From Auanema rhodensis (lineage: Eukaryota > Animalia > Nematoda): a stretch of 64,000 nucleotides of DNA. Where the stretch lies: contig OZ059899.1 of NCBI GenBank assembly GCA_964057225.1, forward strand, positions 8,494,001-8,558,000. Direction: 5' to 3'. Shown in pieces: positions 25,284-38,000 of the stretch (its first letter is position 1; each line of letters opens with the position of its first letter). Position numbers and translations under genes: made by a program. Under the pieces are notes generated by a model. The model searched no databases. It saw only the letters and a program-made list of their open reading frames with translations, and had not been told where the DNA came from.

Positions 25284-27794
25284 ATGCCGTTCTGCATGCC
25301 GATCGCCTGTAATAGGCAAGTTGACTCCCTAGATCGTAGACAGCAGAATTTAACTGAGGTATTATAGTATTGAAATAGTTAACTTTAGCAGTTTTAATAA
25401 TAGGTACCTAATAATATTGCTAAATACAGTCGCTTAGAGGAGTTGTTGTTGGCCACAAATCAAATTAAAACCATATCAAAGGTATTTTCAAGTTCGTTGT
25501 TGTTGCTTAATGTATTTTTCTCTGAAGAATTTATTTCGTTTAACGAAACTTCGATTTCTCGATTTGAGTGAAAATGATATTATGGCTATTCCACCGGAAG
25601 TTGCTAATTTGCAAAACTTAATGGAACTGCGTTTAAGAAATAACGGTGAGTTAGAAAAGACTTTCTGCTTTGAATTTTACATATGTTGATTATTCCAATA
25701 ACTTGAAACCCTTTTCTGTGATTTACCGCAATTAGAGTTTGACGTTAAGTTTGAATTTCAAATTTGATTTTCAAATTAATCTTTCACGAAAACGGTTCTT
25801 TATGTATAGTATATCGGTTTTTTATTTTACCTGATTTCAGCTATATCGGATGTACCCGAACAACTAGCTCATTGTAAATCTTTGATGGTTTTTGATTTAA
25901 GTTCAAATCCTATCACAAGGTGAATATACTTTTATAAGTCAAGAAATATTTGTTGAAAGTTTCAGACTACCTGATGCTATCTCACAATGCACTTCCTTAA
26001 CTTATCTGGGATTGAATGATGTTTCTTTGACACAACTTCCGGCTGATATTGGCAATTTAACGAATTTACGTTCTCTTGAGGTTATAATTCCTTTCTTACT
26101 GCTTTTTTGAAATAAATTTTGCAGGTCCGAGAGAATCTTATTCGAGCTATCCCTCCCTCAATTACCCATCTCACTAAACTTCAGATGCTTGATTTAGGTG
26201 AAAATGAATTTGATAATTTGGTGAGTTTACAGTTATAATGTTAGTTTGGAAGTATTTTGTTTTTTCAGCCTGTGGATATTGGTAATATGGTATCTTTAAA
26301 GGAGTTATACATTGATATGAATAATGTTGAAACGTTTCCTGATCAAATTACTCGCTGTAAAAACTTAGAACAACTTGGTAAACTGGGTTATAGAATTTAA
26401 AATTTAAAATATTTCTATTAAAGATGCTAGTGACAATAAATTAGGATGTTTACCAGAAGATTTTGGTTCGTTAGATAAATTAACGGATTTAAATTTATCT
26501 ATGAACATTCTCCAAATCTTACCAAGTTCTATTGGGAGATTGAAAAATTTAACCATTTTGAAACTAGATAAGAATACGTTAACTAGTTTATCTGAATCAA
26601 TTGGCAATTGTGAAAATTTGACTGAACTATTTTTGTCAGAAAATTTATTGACAGTAAGTATTTGAGTTATTTTGTTTAAATGTTATATTCATTAAGGAAT
26701 TACCTCATTCAATTGGCAAACTCCAACGTTTAAGTCTTATTAATGTTGATAAAAATGATCTTACTCATCTACCTCCTGAGGTAGGCTTTATTTCGTCTTA
26801 TCTTTTAGAGTATTATTCTTTCTAGATTGGAAATTGTAATTCTTTAACTATTCTTTCCGCACGCGAAAATAAATTGAACGAAGTACCAATTGAAATTGGA
26901 AAATGTTCTGAGCTAGCTATTCTGGACCTTTGCAACAACCGACTGAATCATTTACCATTTACAATCAATGTATTATTAAAGTTGCGAGCTCTTTGGCTCT
27001 CTGAAAATCAAGTTCAATCTAAACTTAAACTACAAGTTGCCAGAAATCCTCTAGACGGGAGTAAAGTACTCACCTGCTATCTTTTACCTCAACAAGGCGT
27101 TAACCTTGGTAAGCATAGTTTACGAATTTTCAAAATATTTATTTTAAAAATATTCAGATCCTGAAGTGACTCAAGAAGGTGGATTTGGCACCTGTTCAGG
27201 AGGTCCAAAAGTTCGGTTCCCTGACCAAGATACAACTATTGATGAAGATAAGGTTCGTTACTTTATGATTACCGTTTATACATAAAGTATTATTGTAGTT
27301 ACCCATTGGTCAGTTTACTCGACATGATACACCCAAGCCCAAATCCCAGAAGGATAGACTAAAACAAATGATTGAGAACCATACTTCATCCAACCGTGGT
27401 GTAGCATTAGAACAAAGCATTACACAAAATGAGTCTATCACATTGGAATCAGTAGCACCATTGCTCATAACTAACAATGAAAATGAACATATAAATGTTG
27501 AGTCCCAAAGACATTCGGTAACAAGCGTAGCTCTCGGGAATGTTTGTTCCTCTTCCGTTTCGGAATCGGTGGGTAACTTTGATTTGTTATTACTTATTAT
27601 TTCGAAATTAAATTTTCTGGAGTATACTAATTATATTTCAGGAACCTGTATCAAACGAGTCGGAAAATGCAGAAGAGCGATTTTTAGATATTTCCATTTT
27701 ATCGGAAGTCGATGTGGGATCCATTAGTAAACCAATTGAAGAAACGATGTTCAATTTTTTCGAAGACAATGTTAACCTAATAATTACTAATTAA
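25284..27794 (+). CDS. Truncated let-413/Scribble paralog: LRR + LAP-specific region, no PDZ domains, novel acidic/Ser-rich tail
   Basis: MPFCMPIACNRQVDSLDRRQQNLTE, LRR series, LRALWLSENQ, VLTCYLLPQQ, KVRFPDQD, QFTRHDTPKP, then unrelated tail ending ...FFEDNVNLIITN*. Frame intact under my exon model. Confidence 0.88.
25477..27013 (+). repeat. Near-identical ~1.54 kb direct repeat, copy 1 (matches 35241-36777)
   Basis: Constant 9,764-bp offset. Differences found by eye: 26310, 26323, 26978. Confidence 0.95.
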
Positions 27795-28348
27795 AGTAGA
27801 ATAAACAAAGCCTAATTTTCTGTTTCATTTCATCAACCTTGTATAGCATTTTCATTGTTGTGAAAACGGAGTTTAAAACACATTTGAAGAGTACATGTAT
27901 ATATATATATGTTGTACAAACTTTATTTTCTCAATAGATTTCCTTATGTACTAGATCAAGTAATTATTATAAAACATGCTCAATTTGTACTTCTTGTGAC
28001 TGGGAATTTTCAAATAACTCTAATGTTACAAAGAATAATGCAGAGAGCCATTTCCTATTTCAAATTCGATCAATTTGTTATTTCTATGCATGCAAAGTAC
28101 GTATTTCATAAGTTTTTCCTCATGAACTAGGCTTAGAAAAATCACGTGAACAAATTAAATTGCAAGTCTTTTCAAGGATAACATATTTCATATTTACTTT
28201 TAAATTACAAAAGAATATTTGTGTAGTTTTCCGCGAGTAGATTTGTGCGGTATGTCGTCAATTGTCTGATATTTTATTTCCATTAGTTTTACGCTCACCA
28301 GTTGTTATATTTCTAATTTTTAATCTATACTAAAATGATGTTATTTAG

Positions 28349-30455
28349 ATGGATAAAAATACGAAAGAATCAAGTGACGGTTCTAAGCTAATTAAAACAG
28401 AAACCCTGCTGTTACGAAATGAGCGACAAGGTCAAGTAAATTCCATACAAGCTGGTTCTTCCAGAGGTGATTTTTTAACTATATACTTAATAAAGAGCCA
28501 TGTTTTGATATTGCAGAAACTATACGAGATTCTGTTACTCAATCAGATTTACAAAATGTAATTGGAGAATTCGGCAAAGAAGTTCAGAAATTTGAAGTTT
28601 CTATTGTTTATTTAGTTATTTTACGCTAGTCACTTACAGTTTGCTAGAGCTAGCAAAATAATTGAAGATTTTCGACAAAAGAAGTTATCTTTTACATCAA
28701 CTCCTGAAGAAGTAGCTTGGGATAGATTGCTGCATTCATTGTCTGACGTATGTAACCTACGTTTTGGCATTCACCATTATTTTCTCTATAGATTGCCAAT
28801 TGTGATTGTAAGTATTATCAAATGTCCTTCTTGTACAACAGAGCGAAAACAATGTTCCGGAAAGAAGTAGTGGGATGTCGCAATCAATATGAGTCTATAG
28901 CGTTTGTTATTTATAAATGCAATTTTAATTTCAACAAACATATTTAAGGAAAGAGTTGGAAGGGGGTGCAGAAGAATTTAATAGTATTTCTACTGTTGTT
29001 AGTCATTTACTCGATTTATGTAGAACGTATGTTTTGGCTCGATTAGACATGATTACATTATATGACAAAATGACATCTTCGGGTTTGAAATGTTTGGTTC
29101 TAATTTTTACTAATCAATTTTTTATTTAGTACCAGAATCATCAATTGATTGGAGTTCAATGGAGCTTACTGCAATACAGTTGAGAGAGAATCTACGCAAA
29201 TGTCATCATCCTGATTTGGCTGGTATTTCCCATTTATTCCAAGTTTGTTTTTTTTTATTCTACGTGGTTGATTGTTGCTATATACTGTTTCATTTATTTA
29301 TATGTTGTTTTCTGCAGGAAGAAGTTGAAATTCTTCGTCTACTCTTCACTGCTCAGATCAGTATTTCTAATTGCCGAGTATATTTCATTCTATTTAATTA
29401 CTTAGCATATCGCTGCTCTTTCAGATGTTTGAGAGCCTACTCGAGTTAAAACAAGTTCGTGAAAACTTTGACTTCTGGATCAAAGAACTTGGATCTTTAA
29501 ATCCAGCTAATCTTTCGTTTTTTGCCCGGATAACAGGGTTCATTCATTCTATATTATAGTTTTAAATCTTTTAATTTTAGAAGTGAGCCTGTTCCAAGAA
29601 ATCGACTTATTCAATGGCTTATTAAATTTTATGACCTACTCATGGCTAAGTTCTCATTATATTTTACCAATGTTTTAGAAGCATATTGTGGGGCTGAAGA
29701 TTTAGAGGTGTTTCCTAGATATTTATTATTATTGCAATTCTTTCAATTTGCAGAGTATTCATTCAATTGATAATAAGTTCAATTTCATCGATTCTTTTCG
29801 GAATATTCAGTTACAAATAAAAGCTTGTAGAGTAGGAATAGTTATGGATCGAAGCAGTGATGATTCCGATTTTTATGGTTAGTAATGATTCCGTTAATTT
29901 CATGGGTTCTATCTTCAAGGATTTGGATATCTTCGTAAAGATAACAAGTTTGCCACTGACGGATATCCAATTGAACCATTGAAAGGTGTTTGTAGCCAGT
30001 ATCCTTTCATATTTCAATGTCCTAGTCCTCCCACGGGACATCAAAGGGTACTAAGTTTTACATATTATTTCAACCACAGTTCTGTTTTCAAGAGTCCCTC
30101 AGCTGAAGAAGAACATGGCTATCTAGAAAAGTTTATCAAAAAACATCTAGAATCGCGTAAAGTTCCTGAATTCAAAGGAGGTGATAGAGCAGCAGAACGA
30201 AAAGAGCTTGATACATGGAGAAGTGAGGTTCAAGGGAGAGTGAGTTCAATTGTTGGACGAATCAACAAATGAATAATATATTTTGTTCAGTTTGTTTATG
30301 GAGATCACTTAGAAGGTCAACTATTCATTGTTGCCATTTTGAATCACCCTCTTAAACCTGCGGAGCTAGCAGAATTTACTAAATTTGTATATGCTTCTCA
30401 AAATAAACTACGGGGATCAGAACTATTGACGGAGTTGAGACAAACAACGAGATAG
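28349..30455 (+). CDS. KICS2: KICSTOR subunit 2 (C12orf66/UPF0536)-like protein
   Basis: HPDLAGISHLFQEEVEILRLLFTAQISIS, LIQWLIKFYDLLMAKFSLYFTNVL and GYPIEPLKGVCSQYPFIF resemble recalled C12orf66 motifs; tttag directly precedes the ATG; ends ...LTELRQTTR*. Confidence 0.75.
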
Positions 30456-30896
30456 GTAAAGATCTCTTTTATTGTTTCTATTGTACAGACTGCGCGTAGG
30501 AGCTGTTTGAATGAATCTGCTAGTTGAAGTAGTGAGAGATTCTAAACTAGGTTATAGATAGCCAGATGAATTGAAATATCTCATCCCTAGTACTATTATG
30601 AGATTTATCCCCCCAATCATAATACAATCTGTCATGTTGTGTTTCACACCCTAAAGAACTCGGACTGTCAAATAAGCTGTTCAGGTTTCTCATTTCGAAG
30701 ACTTGATTTCATAATTCGAAAATGTGGTACATATTAATATATTTAGAATCATATTATTAGGGAAAATTTTGTTCTACTCTCTATTCTACTGAAATTCGTA
30801 CACATTGAAGGGCTACTACTGCTCTGCACGAGAAATATTTGTTCTTTTCCTTTTGTGTTGCGTCCGTTTCTTCTCTTCTCCATCATCATCTTCTTT

Positions 30897-30975
30897 TTCT
30901 TCTTCTTCTTCTTCTTCTTCTTCTTCTTCTTCTTCTTCTTCTTCTTCTTCTTCTTCTTCTTCTTCTTCTTCTTCT
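30897..30975. repeat. (TTC)n / (GAA)n microsatellite, about 25 units
   Basis: Directly visible; explains the poly-K and poly-S ORFs in the track. Confidence 0.95.
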
Positions 30976-33900
30976 TTTTCTTTTTCTTGTCTGTCTGGTA
31001 GAAGAGAATGAATAATATAAAATCATATGAGGTTGTAGTCTTGCAGGTAACATCACATTTATGGCAACAACGCAGAAAATTGTAAAAAGATGTAAAAAGT
31101 CGATTGAAATATTGGTTTCTACACATTCACTTAATATGATGACTAATAGTCTGAAATTTTCTCTATTAATTTCTTATCTCTTGCATGTATGATTCATTAG
31201 GTTTTTACATATTTGCGCTCCTACCTACTCTGAACATATTAAGTTTCCCATTCCAACTATTATTTTCTCTTCATTCCCGCTTTTCACACATGTCATAACC
31301 CATTATCAATTTTTACATCATGTTGTTATTCCTTTTTCGCCTGTAAGCTATGAATTTTTGAATTTTCCAATGTTTTTTTTTCTGTTTGTATTGAAGATAC
31401 CGTTTTTTCTTTCATTAAAAACCACTACGGAATTCTTCCAGCTAGCGCCTGGACATTAATCTTTGTTCCTTCTTTCTGTCTCAAATGCTTGCTCGGTAGC
31501 ACATCGTGCGTTGCAGCCGGATGGCCAAGTAACTGCTGTTGGTGGCAGGGTCAGCTGAGAAAAGAGCCAATGGCAAAGAGTTTAGACAAGAATAACATAG
31601 AATGAATGTGGACCGATCCCATCAGTCTATTTCTCTCGGATTTGTGACCTTAATTTTTTCTCTCCATCGCCCGATTCTAGCATCACATATAAGTACCCCT
31701 GAACGTTGGCATTTTCGAGATGTTCCTTGCCCGAATATCACAATGAAAAGAGGACAGCAACGATCACGACGACGTGTTTCTTCAAGCTGAGAGTGGCCTG
31801 ATTCTTCTCCAGTCGATTCTATTATGGTTCAACATCTATGTCCACTGCTTAAAGCCTATTGAGCGCGGCTTGCTCGTCGATGCGCAGCTAATGAAGGCAC
31901 ACATCATCTCAACTAATCTTAATTCTCCTTTATCATTGTGAAAAGAAGCTGAATTTTGTTGATTTTATCATTACTTTGTTGTAACGAAGTAGCAAAGCTT
32001 TTCTCGAAGCTCTCGTTGGTCCGATCTATGCCCTACTAAAAGCCTTTCCCTTGGGGTTTGTGTCGAGGCAGGCTTAAAATCTATCCATCCATTCAAGAAG
32101 CTTTTATTTACGGGTGGAAGCTGCACTCTTCTACTCTACGGCCATGCCTTTGCCGGTTACAATCCGTGCTGATCTCCTGGGGTCTTGACTCTAGAGATTG
32201 AATTGTCAAATCTTATATATCTCTATATTTCTAATATCAAAATTTTGAAGCCTTCCTCTGCTACATTACTTCGTTATGTATACTTGTCTTAGAATATAGT
32301 TTTATTTGTTTAGCTTGATTGGCAATTTTAACAGCTTCATACTGGGTTTTTAAAAAATATATAAATCCTATTTTTTTAGTTTAATATTGTGTTGAATCTC
32401 AGCTTTTTTTCAGACGTCACTGGCTGATTAATGAATATCAAACTTTCAGCAACAATGTGCTCTGATTATTGCTCAATTATTCTTCAGGTTTTTCATAACT
32501 CCGGGAAAGGAAACTAGGACTAGAGTTTACACCGCAATGATGAACACAGCGTTGGCGATGATAGTGGTTCTGTGCTATTGGCTAGAGTTTGAATGACATT
32601 CAAGGTGTAGGCTAAGTTAATTATAAAATCTAGGTTCTTACGTTGTTTTGTTATAGTGGGACCCTGATCGGGCCTGCTTTCTACTGACCTTGTATATGGT
32701 GAAGTGAGAGGTAGATGTTATGTTGTAGAACAGTGCGGGAACGAAGAGGACAGGGCGGAGGAGGAGGCACAGACAAACGGACCTGGTCAGCCTGCAGTCG
32801 TCACCACACTCAACCTGCGACCTCCGTCCCTCCCAAACCCCAACGCCTCTTTTCCAACCCACCTCACGACCTTGCACCACTCCTATTGATCGATCTCTTT
32901 GCCACGTACTATACTAAGCTGTGCTCCCCAAAAGGTCTTCGTTATTTGCCTTACTCACTTGCCTATCTTTTCCTAGCCTAATAATCTCTGTTCGTTTCCA
33001 TCTTTTCTTTACTAAGATTTTTGATTCCTTGATTGTTCAGTTATATTTCCTTGTTTCATTTTTTAAATATAAAACGGGTACATAACAACACGAGTTTCTG
33101 TGTTTTGTCCTGCATTTCTTCGTAGTTTTTGACTTGTCGTGTTACATGATATTCTTGGCATAGGTCAGACCTCAGGTCATTTTCATACAACATATTATAT
33201 TTCTTCCATTTTCATTTGACTTCCTGATTATGTGCTTCCGAATGTTATGTATTAGTGTGGTCTCTAATAATATGATTTTCATATTGATTAATAATAGTTA
33301 AAGAGATTTCCAAAATCATTCGCTTTTTGACTTTCGAGTGCTTTGGTTTCCACCAAATGTACTATTTCAGTGCTTTCTCATTGTTGATTTTCGTTTTTCG
33401 TCTCTCTCTCACTATGTATGAATATGCATGTATGTGCGTCTCTCTTACATATTATAGATATCGTTGCTATGTCATTATAGCAGGATTCTTTTTTTGGACT
33501 CAATCTCGTTCTCTTTTTCACATCTCCCTCTTTCTCTCTGCTTCTCTTTATCTCTTCTAGCTCTTTTAGTTTCTATTTCTATTTCTTTCTTTTTAATGGC
33601 TTTTAGGATAACCATTGATTGTTCTTTCACTAAATATCGGAAATATCTTATCTGTTATGACTATAGATTATATTCTTCTTGGCTTCATCTTCCTGTGTGT
33701 CGTCGTGCGAATAGGAAAATAGCTCATACTCTCCTTCATGTCAAATCTTCCCGCCTCACTCTCAACGTTTCTTTTTCTCTACGCCTTCCCAATTCCTCTC
33801 GCTATTTCTATGCAGGCTCCGTGTTTTTCATCTAGTGATGGTTTTGCTTTTGTCGATCAAAGTGCCGATAATCGGCCCAGAATTGCTTATTCAATGAGTC

Positions 33901-35050
33901 AGTACATATGCGCATCTTCGTAATGCTCGCCACAGTTCAAAATCGCATCATGTAGTTGTTTTTTTTACAAATCTGTTGTCCTCTATTTTTATCTTTGTTC
34001 ACAATACACAAATGGTGAATATATACCTTAAAAAGACGAATAGGAAGAAAAGATAGAGAGCTTAATGTGAAATGTATTGTCGTCTTTCTTCGTTATCCAG
34101 GTTGCTTAACTTGCGCAAATCGATCGTTCCCATAACATGCTTTTTTCAGTGATAAGATCGCAGGAAAGATAGTAGCGACCTTGCCAACGGTTGTCTACTT
34201 CTGTTAGCATTCCAACTCAAAATTATGATCAACTGTTGTGCTTTTGAATATTGTTAATATTTCGGCATATAATTTAATTTAATTATTTATGAATATCGTA
34301 GATGTATTACCGGTATGTAGTATTCTGTATGAAGCTTAACCAAATCATGCAATCTTTGAGTAAAAGAGTATACCTTTAAGTATGTCGCCTAATTCAATGT
34401 GTTCTATTTGCATTTCTTTTAATGTAGAGTAGATTGAAAAGGAGATTTCATTAATGAGCAAAAGTGTTTCGTCCCGATTTGTCTCGGATTCCCGAGCATG
34501 TTGCAATGATGCTTTAGTTCGGACTTGCTGCTTTTCACCAATTTATAAACAACTTGATCCTTTTCAACACTTTTTCTTCGTTTTAGCTAATGGTGTAATC
34601 ACGCATTGCTTTTTTCTCAGTTTTTTCAAGTTACCGCTTATTTTTATTCGTCCATATTATTGTTAGTATTATTTCGTACTATTTTCTCTTTCTTTGAGCT
34701 TATCAGCCTTTCCTATTGATTCATCATAAATCGATCGAGCATCGCCTTTTGTTTATGCTGACTGTGTCTGTTTTAAGGTTTGCTGCTAGATTGACCTATT
34801 TCAATATAAACTACTTCACTCACTATTCTTCTTTTATCTGCAGCATTCTTTTGCGAGAATGTTTTTGAATTCTTCTATTTTTCGTTTGAATTTATTTTTT
34901 CCATAATTCGTTTTTTTGCCTCTCGATCAAACTGATTTTTGACGTGCATTGTTTCCTTCATTTCTCTTTTTACTTAAAGTTTCATAAGACCTTTGTATTT
35001 TAGAAATAGCGGAACTTCGCTTTAGGCGAAGGCTTTATTAGGACACAACC

Positions 35051-38000
35051 ATGCCATTTTGCATGCCGATAACCTGCAATAGGCAAATTGATTCTCTTGA
35101 TCGTCGGCAACAAAATTTGACCGAGGTTTGAAAAAAAATTGCTCTGATTGTTATTAATCTTTTGCAGGTTCCACACGATATTGAAAGGTATAGAGCATTA
35201 GAAGAGTTGTTGTTGGCCACAAATCAAATTAAACTCATTCCAAAGGTATTTTCAAGTTCGTTGTTGTTGCTTAATGTATTTTTCTCTGAAGAATTTATTT
35301 CGTTTAACGAAACTTCGATTTCTCGATTTGAGTGAAAATGATATTATGGCTATTCCACCGGAAGTTGCTAATTTGCAAAACTTAATGGAACTGCGTTTAA
35401 GAAATAACGGTGAGTTAGAAAAGACTTTCTGCTTTGAATTTTACATATGTTGATTATTCCAATAACTTGAAACCCTTTTCTGTGATTTACCGCAATTAGA
35501 GTTTGACGTTAAGTTTGAATTTCAAATTTGATTTTCAAATTAATCTTTCACGAAAACGGTTCTTTATGTATAGTATATCGGTTTTTTATTTTACCTGATT
35601 TCAGCTATATCGGATGTACCCGAACAACTAGCTCATTGTAAATCTTTGATGGTTTTTGATTTAAGTTCAAATCCTATCACAAGGTGAATATACTTTTATA
35701 AGTCAAGAAATATTTGTTGAAAGTTTCAGACTACCTGATGCTATCTCACAATGCACTTCCTTAACTTATCTGGGATTGAATGATGTTTCTTTGACACAAC
35801 TTCCGGCTGATATTGGCAATTTAACGAATTTACGTTCTCTTGAGGTTATAATTCCTTTCTTACTGCTTTTTTGAAATAAATTTTGCAGGTCCGAGAGAAT
35901 CTTATTCGAGCTATCCCTCCCTCAATTACCCATCTCACTAAACTTCAGATGCTTGATTTAGGTGAAAATGAATTTGATAATTTGGTGAGTTTACAGTTAT
36001 AATGTTAGTTTGGAAGTATTTTGTTTTTTCAGCCTGTGGATATTGGTAATATGGTATCTTTAAAGGAGTTATATATTGATATGAATGATGTTGAAACGTT
36101 TCCTGATCAAATTACTCGCTGTAAAAACTTAGAACAACTTGGTAAACTGGGTTATAGAATTTAAAATTTAAAATATTTCTATTAAAGATGCTAGTGACAA
36201 TAAATTAGGATGTTTACCAGAAGATTTTGGTTCGTTAGATAAATTAACGGATTTAAATTTATCTATGAACATTCTCCAAATCTTACCAAGTTCTATTGGG
36301 AGATTGAAAAATTTAACCATTTTGAAACTAGATAAGAATACGTTAACTAGTTTATCTGAATCAATTGGCAATTGTGAAAATTTGACTGAACTATTTTTGT
36401 CAGAAAATTTATTGACAGTAAGTATTTGAGTTATTTTGTTTAAATGTTATATTCATTAAGGAATTACCTCATTCAATTGGCAAACTCCAACGTTTAAGTC
36501 TTATTAATGTTGATAAAAATGATCTTACTCATCTACCTCCTGAGGTAGGCTTTATTTCGTCTTATCTTTTAGAGTATTATTCTTTCTAGATTGGAAATTG
36601 TAATTCTTTAACTATTCTTTCCGCACGCGAAAATAAATTGAACGAAGTACCAATTGAAATTGGAAAATGTTCTGAGCTAGCTATTCTGGACCTTTGCAAC
36701 AACCGACTGAATCATTTACCATTTACAATCAATGTATTATTCAAGTTGCGAGCTCTTTGGCTCTCTGAAAATCAAGTCCAAGCTATGATGAAATTGCAAG
36801 TAACTAGAGATCCTCGAACGGGAAATAAAGTATTAACTTGCTATCTTCTACCTCAACAAGGTGTTAATCTTGGTATGATATGAACCGATCAATTTCTTTG
36901 TAAATGTATGATTCAGAACCTGAAAGTGATAGACGACCAATAGGAGGCAACGGCGCTTGTGTTGGTGGTCCAAAAGTTCATTTCCCCGATCAAGATACTA
37001 CAGTGGATGACGAAAAGGTTATTACTATCTTAAAAAATAGAAGCACACAAAATTTTAGCTACCTACCGGACAATTTGAACGCCATGACACTCCGAAACCT
37101 AAGTCTCATAAGGATAAACTCAAAAAAAATAGTATTGATGGGCATGTTATCCCTCACGCCGATCAACATGTAAGACTGTTCATTTAAATGTTATATTCTA
37201 GAGACATTCGTATTTCAGGCTCAGGGAACTACCTTATCGCTCCATAAAAAAGGTACTCCAGACACATCTCCTTCTGGTCCTATCCCAACTCCTCGTTCTG
37301 CTTTGAAGTTTCAAAGCGTTTCTCCTGGACAATATGAGCCTGAGGCTCTCAGACATTCTCAAAACAGTTTAGCCGCTGTAACTGGAGTTCCGCTGTCCAC
37401 TTCAGCTCCTGCTCCTTCTACTCCTGTCCGAGAGCTGGTAAGAGTAGCTTGCTTTTTCTTGTTTTCTTATATAAAAAAATAGCATATAAATATATAAATA
37501 TATACGTATTTATATAATATTTTATGGGGTTTAGGAAAAGAGCGTTGCATTCACTAAAGATGTGTTTGACAGTTCAGCTAACTGTCGTCTTAAACGGATC
37601 AACACTCCACATAAAGGTGTACGTGGAGCTTTGAATGGGGGAGAGAAAGTGGGTGTTACAAGCGGTTATCAGTTCGTCTAAAAGCATCTTATGTTAAACG
37701 CTAACCCTGCTTGGCTTGTTAAATTTAACTTATTTCTATACCTTAAGTTAAAATTACTATCTTTCATTTCTATTATAAAGTTTCCCGTCTAATTTTTCTT
37801 ATTTTTTTTTTGGTTTTTTATTTGTATTAATACACTATACATATCATCATCTTTTTTTCAGGAAAGAGCTTCACGGGCTTCAAACGCACCAGATCTTATT
37901 GTTAAAAGGATCATTATTAAAAGAGACGAAAAAGGAGGACTAGGTGTGTTTTTTAGTCAACCATTTCATTTTTTATTTATTATTATCTTGTTTGAGGTTT

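Noticed and set aside
26404-26607. Identical 67-aa minus-strand ORFs at 26404 and 36168
   Set aside because: Antisense to LRR exons; identical only because of the duplicated tract.
25284-27794. Paralog as an uncollapsed allelic haplotype of let-413
   Set aside because: Flanking exons and introns are far too diverged for alleles, the 3' end is unrelated, and unique genes flank it.
30749-31126. Poly-Lys and poly-Ser ORFs
   Set aside because: Artefacts of the (TTC)n microsatellite.
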